NCBI GenBank assembly: GCA_017621475.1
Contig: JAGATA010000003.1
Span: forward strand, 76,072-140,071
Reading direction: 5' to 3'
DNA from: Clostridia bacterium
GTDB taxonomy: Bacteria; Bacillota; Clostridia; Oscillospirales; CAG-272
DNA length: 64,000 nucleotides
Shown here: positions 62,955-64,000 of the stretch, in pieces
Layout: each line of letters begins with the position of its first letter
Numbering within the stretch: position 1 is the stretch's first letter
Translations under genes and position numbers: made by a program
The notes under the pieces: model-generated
Database searches by the model: none
Seen by the model: only the letters and a program-made list of their open reading frames with translations
What the model was told of the DNA's origin: nothing

Positions 62955-64000
62955 ATGAAAAAAGCTTGGTTAAATTTTATTTGCATACTCCTTTGTGTGC
63001 TCCTTCCTTTCGTTGCTATAATTTCCGCGGTGGTTCTTGTGCCTTCGCAGTTTGATAAGACTTTTCTTGGTGCACTTTCTCCCAAGGTAGAACGCCTTTA
63101 TTCCGTTGATGAACCGAAGATCATTATTGTCGGCGGCAGTAGCGTGCCTTTCGGTGTTGATACAAAGCTTCTTGAAGAAGCGCTCGGCAAGCCTTGCGTG
63201 AACTTTGGACTTTATGCTACACTTGGTACAAAGATAATGCTCGACCTTTCGAAAGATGCAATAAAAAAAGGCGATATTATCGTTATTGCTCCCGAAACCG
63301 ATGCACAAACATATTCCTTGTATTTTAATGCAGAGTCTGCTTGGCAGGCTTGCGACAGCGATTTTTCGCTTCTTGCAAAAATAGATTCCGAAAATTACTC
63401 TGCTATGGTGGGCGGATTTTGGAAATATGCAGCTCAAAAGGCGAAATATTTCTTCGGGGATGAGCATCTTGACCCAAGCGGTGTATATAATGCTACATCG
63501 TTTGACGAGTACGGCGATATTGTTTATGAACGTCCGTACAATACAATGAACCTTGGTTATGATCCCAGCCTTTCGATCGAATTTTCTGCTGATATTATCA
63601 GCGAAGATTTTATAGCCTACGTTAATGAATATGTTTCGTTTGCAAAAAGCAAAGGCGCGAAAGTTTATTTCTCCTTTGCTCCGATGAATATTGATTCTGT
63701 TACTCTTGACAAGGACCTTGATGAATTTGAAGCTTTCGATAAGTTGGAAGCTGATATTGCAAACTTCAAAACCTTTATTGAAGAAAACTTTAACGCAAAG
63801 GTTATAAGCGATCCGGCGATGTATCTTTACGATAGCGGCTATTTCTACGACAGCAATTTCCATCTTAACGATGCCGGTGCGGTTATGCATACTGCAAACC
63901 TTGCTGCAGACATAGCCGCGGCAGAGGAAATGGAGCTTCTTATCGATATAACTATCCCCGATGTTCCCGAAAAGCCTGTTATTGAGGAGGATACTAAGGA
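62955..64000 (+). CDS. Membrane-anchored SGNH/DltD-like protein, 3'-partial (runs off the window)
   Basis: Not in the ORF track because no stop is reached. Hand translation from the ATG after aaggagg gives 348 codons without a stop. N-terminal TM helix, then IIIVGGSSVPFGVD and YDSNFHLNDAGA blocks shared with the C-terminus of the 59351 product. Confidence 0.7.
   Translation, partial: MKKAWLNFICILLCVLLPFVAIISAVVLVPSQFDKTFLGALSPKVERLYSVDEPKIIIVGGSSVPFGVDTKLLEEALGKPCVNFGLYATLGTKIMLDLSKDAIKKGDIIVIAPETDAQTYSLYFNAESAWQACDSDFSLLAKIDSENYSAMVGGFWKYAAQKAKYFFGDEHLDPSGVYNATSFDEYGDIVYERPYNTMNLGYDPSLSIEFSADIISEDFIAYVNEYVSFAKSKGAKVYFSFAPMNIDSVTLDKDLDEFEAFDKLEADIANFKTFIEENFNAKVISDPAMYLYDSGYFYDSNFHLNDAGAVMHTANLAADIAAAEEMELLIDITIPDVPEKPVIEEDTK

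Noticed and set aside
62970-63890. 306-aa ORF on the minus strand
   Set aside because: It is the codon-aligned antisense shadow of the plus-strand gene starting at 62955. That gene is missing from the ORF track only because it has no stop inside the window.
1-64000. Scan for CRISPR arrays, IS elements/transposases, integrases, prophage or defence-island genes, and rRNA
   Set aside because: None were seen. There are no direct-repeat/spacer periodicity, no terminal inverted repeats flanking an ORF, and no recombinase, nuclease or helicase-type products among the ORFs.

Overview
The window reads as a core chromosomal segment of an endospore-forming Clostridia (Firmicutes) genome. I could not assign it more precisely without a database. 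Gene density is high and most CDSs are recognisable housekeeping or sporulation genes. These include spoIIGA-sigE, a complete spoIIIAA-AH operon, dnaG-rpoD, hflX, rpmE, murD, rsmA, ackA, dapA, an ispH-S1 fusion, cmk, plsC, tex and an ABC-F ATPase. There is also a 5-gene biotin-dependent Na+-pump decarboxylase/carboxyltransferase cluster, scattered glycoside hydrolases (GH78-like, GH43, GH2) and four tRNAs in two pairs. I found no rRNA, CRISPR array, transposase, integrase or phage-like gene. Five things deserve a second look. (1) An operon at the 3' end (59351 to the window edge) is built around an MBOAT acyltransferase. It has two paralogous SGNH/DltD-like partner domains, one fused to a Thr-rich/B-repeat/LRR lipoprotein, plus a tiny membrane protein, and it sits divergent from an atypical orphan response regulator. 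(2) A 1063-aa lipoprotein carries a solute-binding-protein-like N-terminal half fused to a long Tyr/Glu-rich tail. Its promoter spacer holds a perfect 16-bp palindrome whose 14-bp core recurs exactly at the promoter of an XRE-family regulator about 7.4 kb downstream of the lipoprotein gene's end (10.7 kb from its promoter). (3) An ECF-like sigma factor has a roughly 380-aa C-terminal extension, and next to it lies a degenerate PAS/histidine-kinase-like gene. (4) Two of the four tRNAs encode C at T-loop position 55. (5) Long stop-free antisense ORFs occur throughout the window. All those checked lie in the codon-aligned antisense frame and are explained by avoidance of TTA/CTA/TCA codons, so they are not genes. 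All functional calls come from motif recognition by eye. No searches were run.
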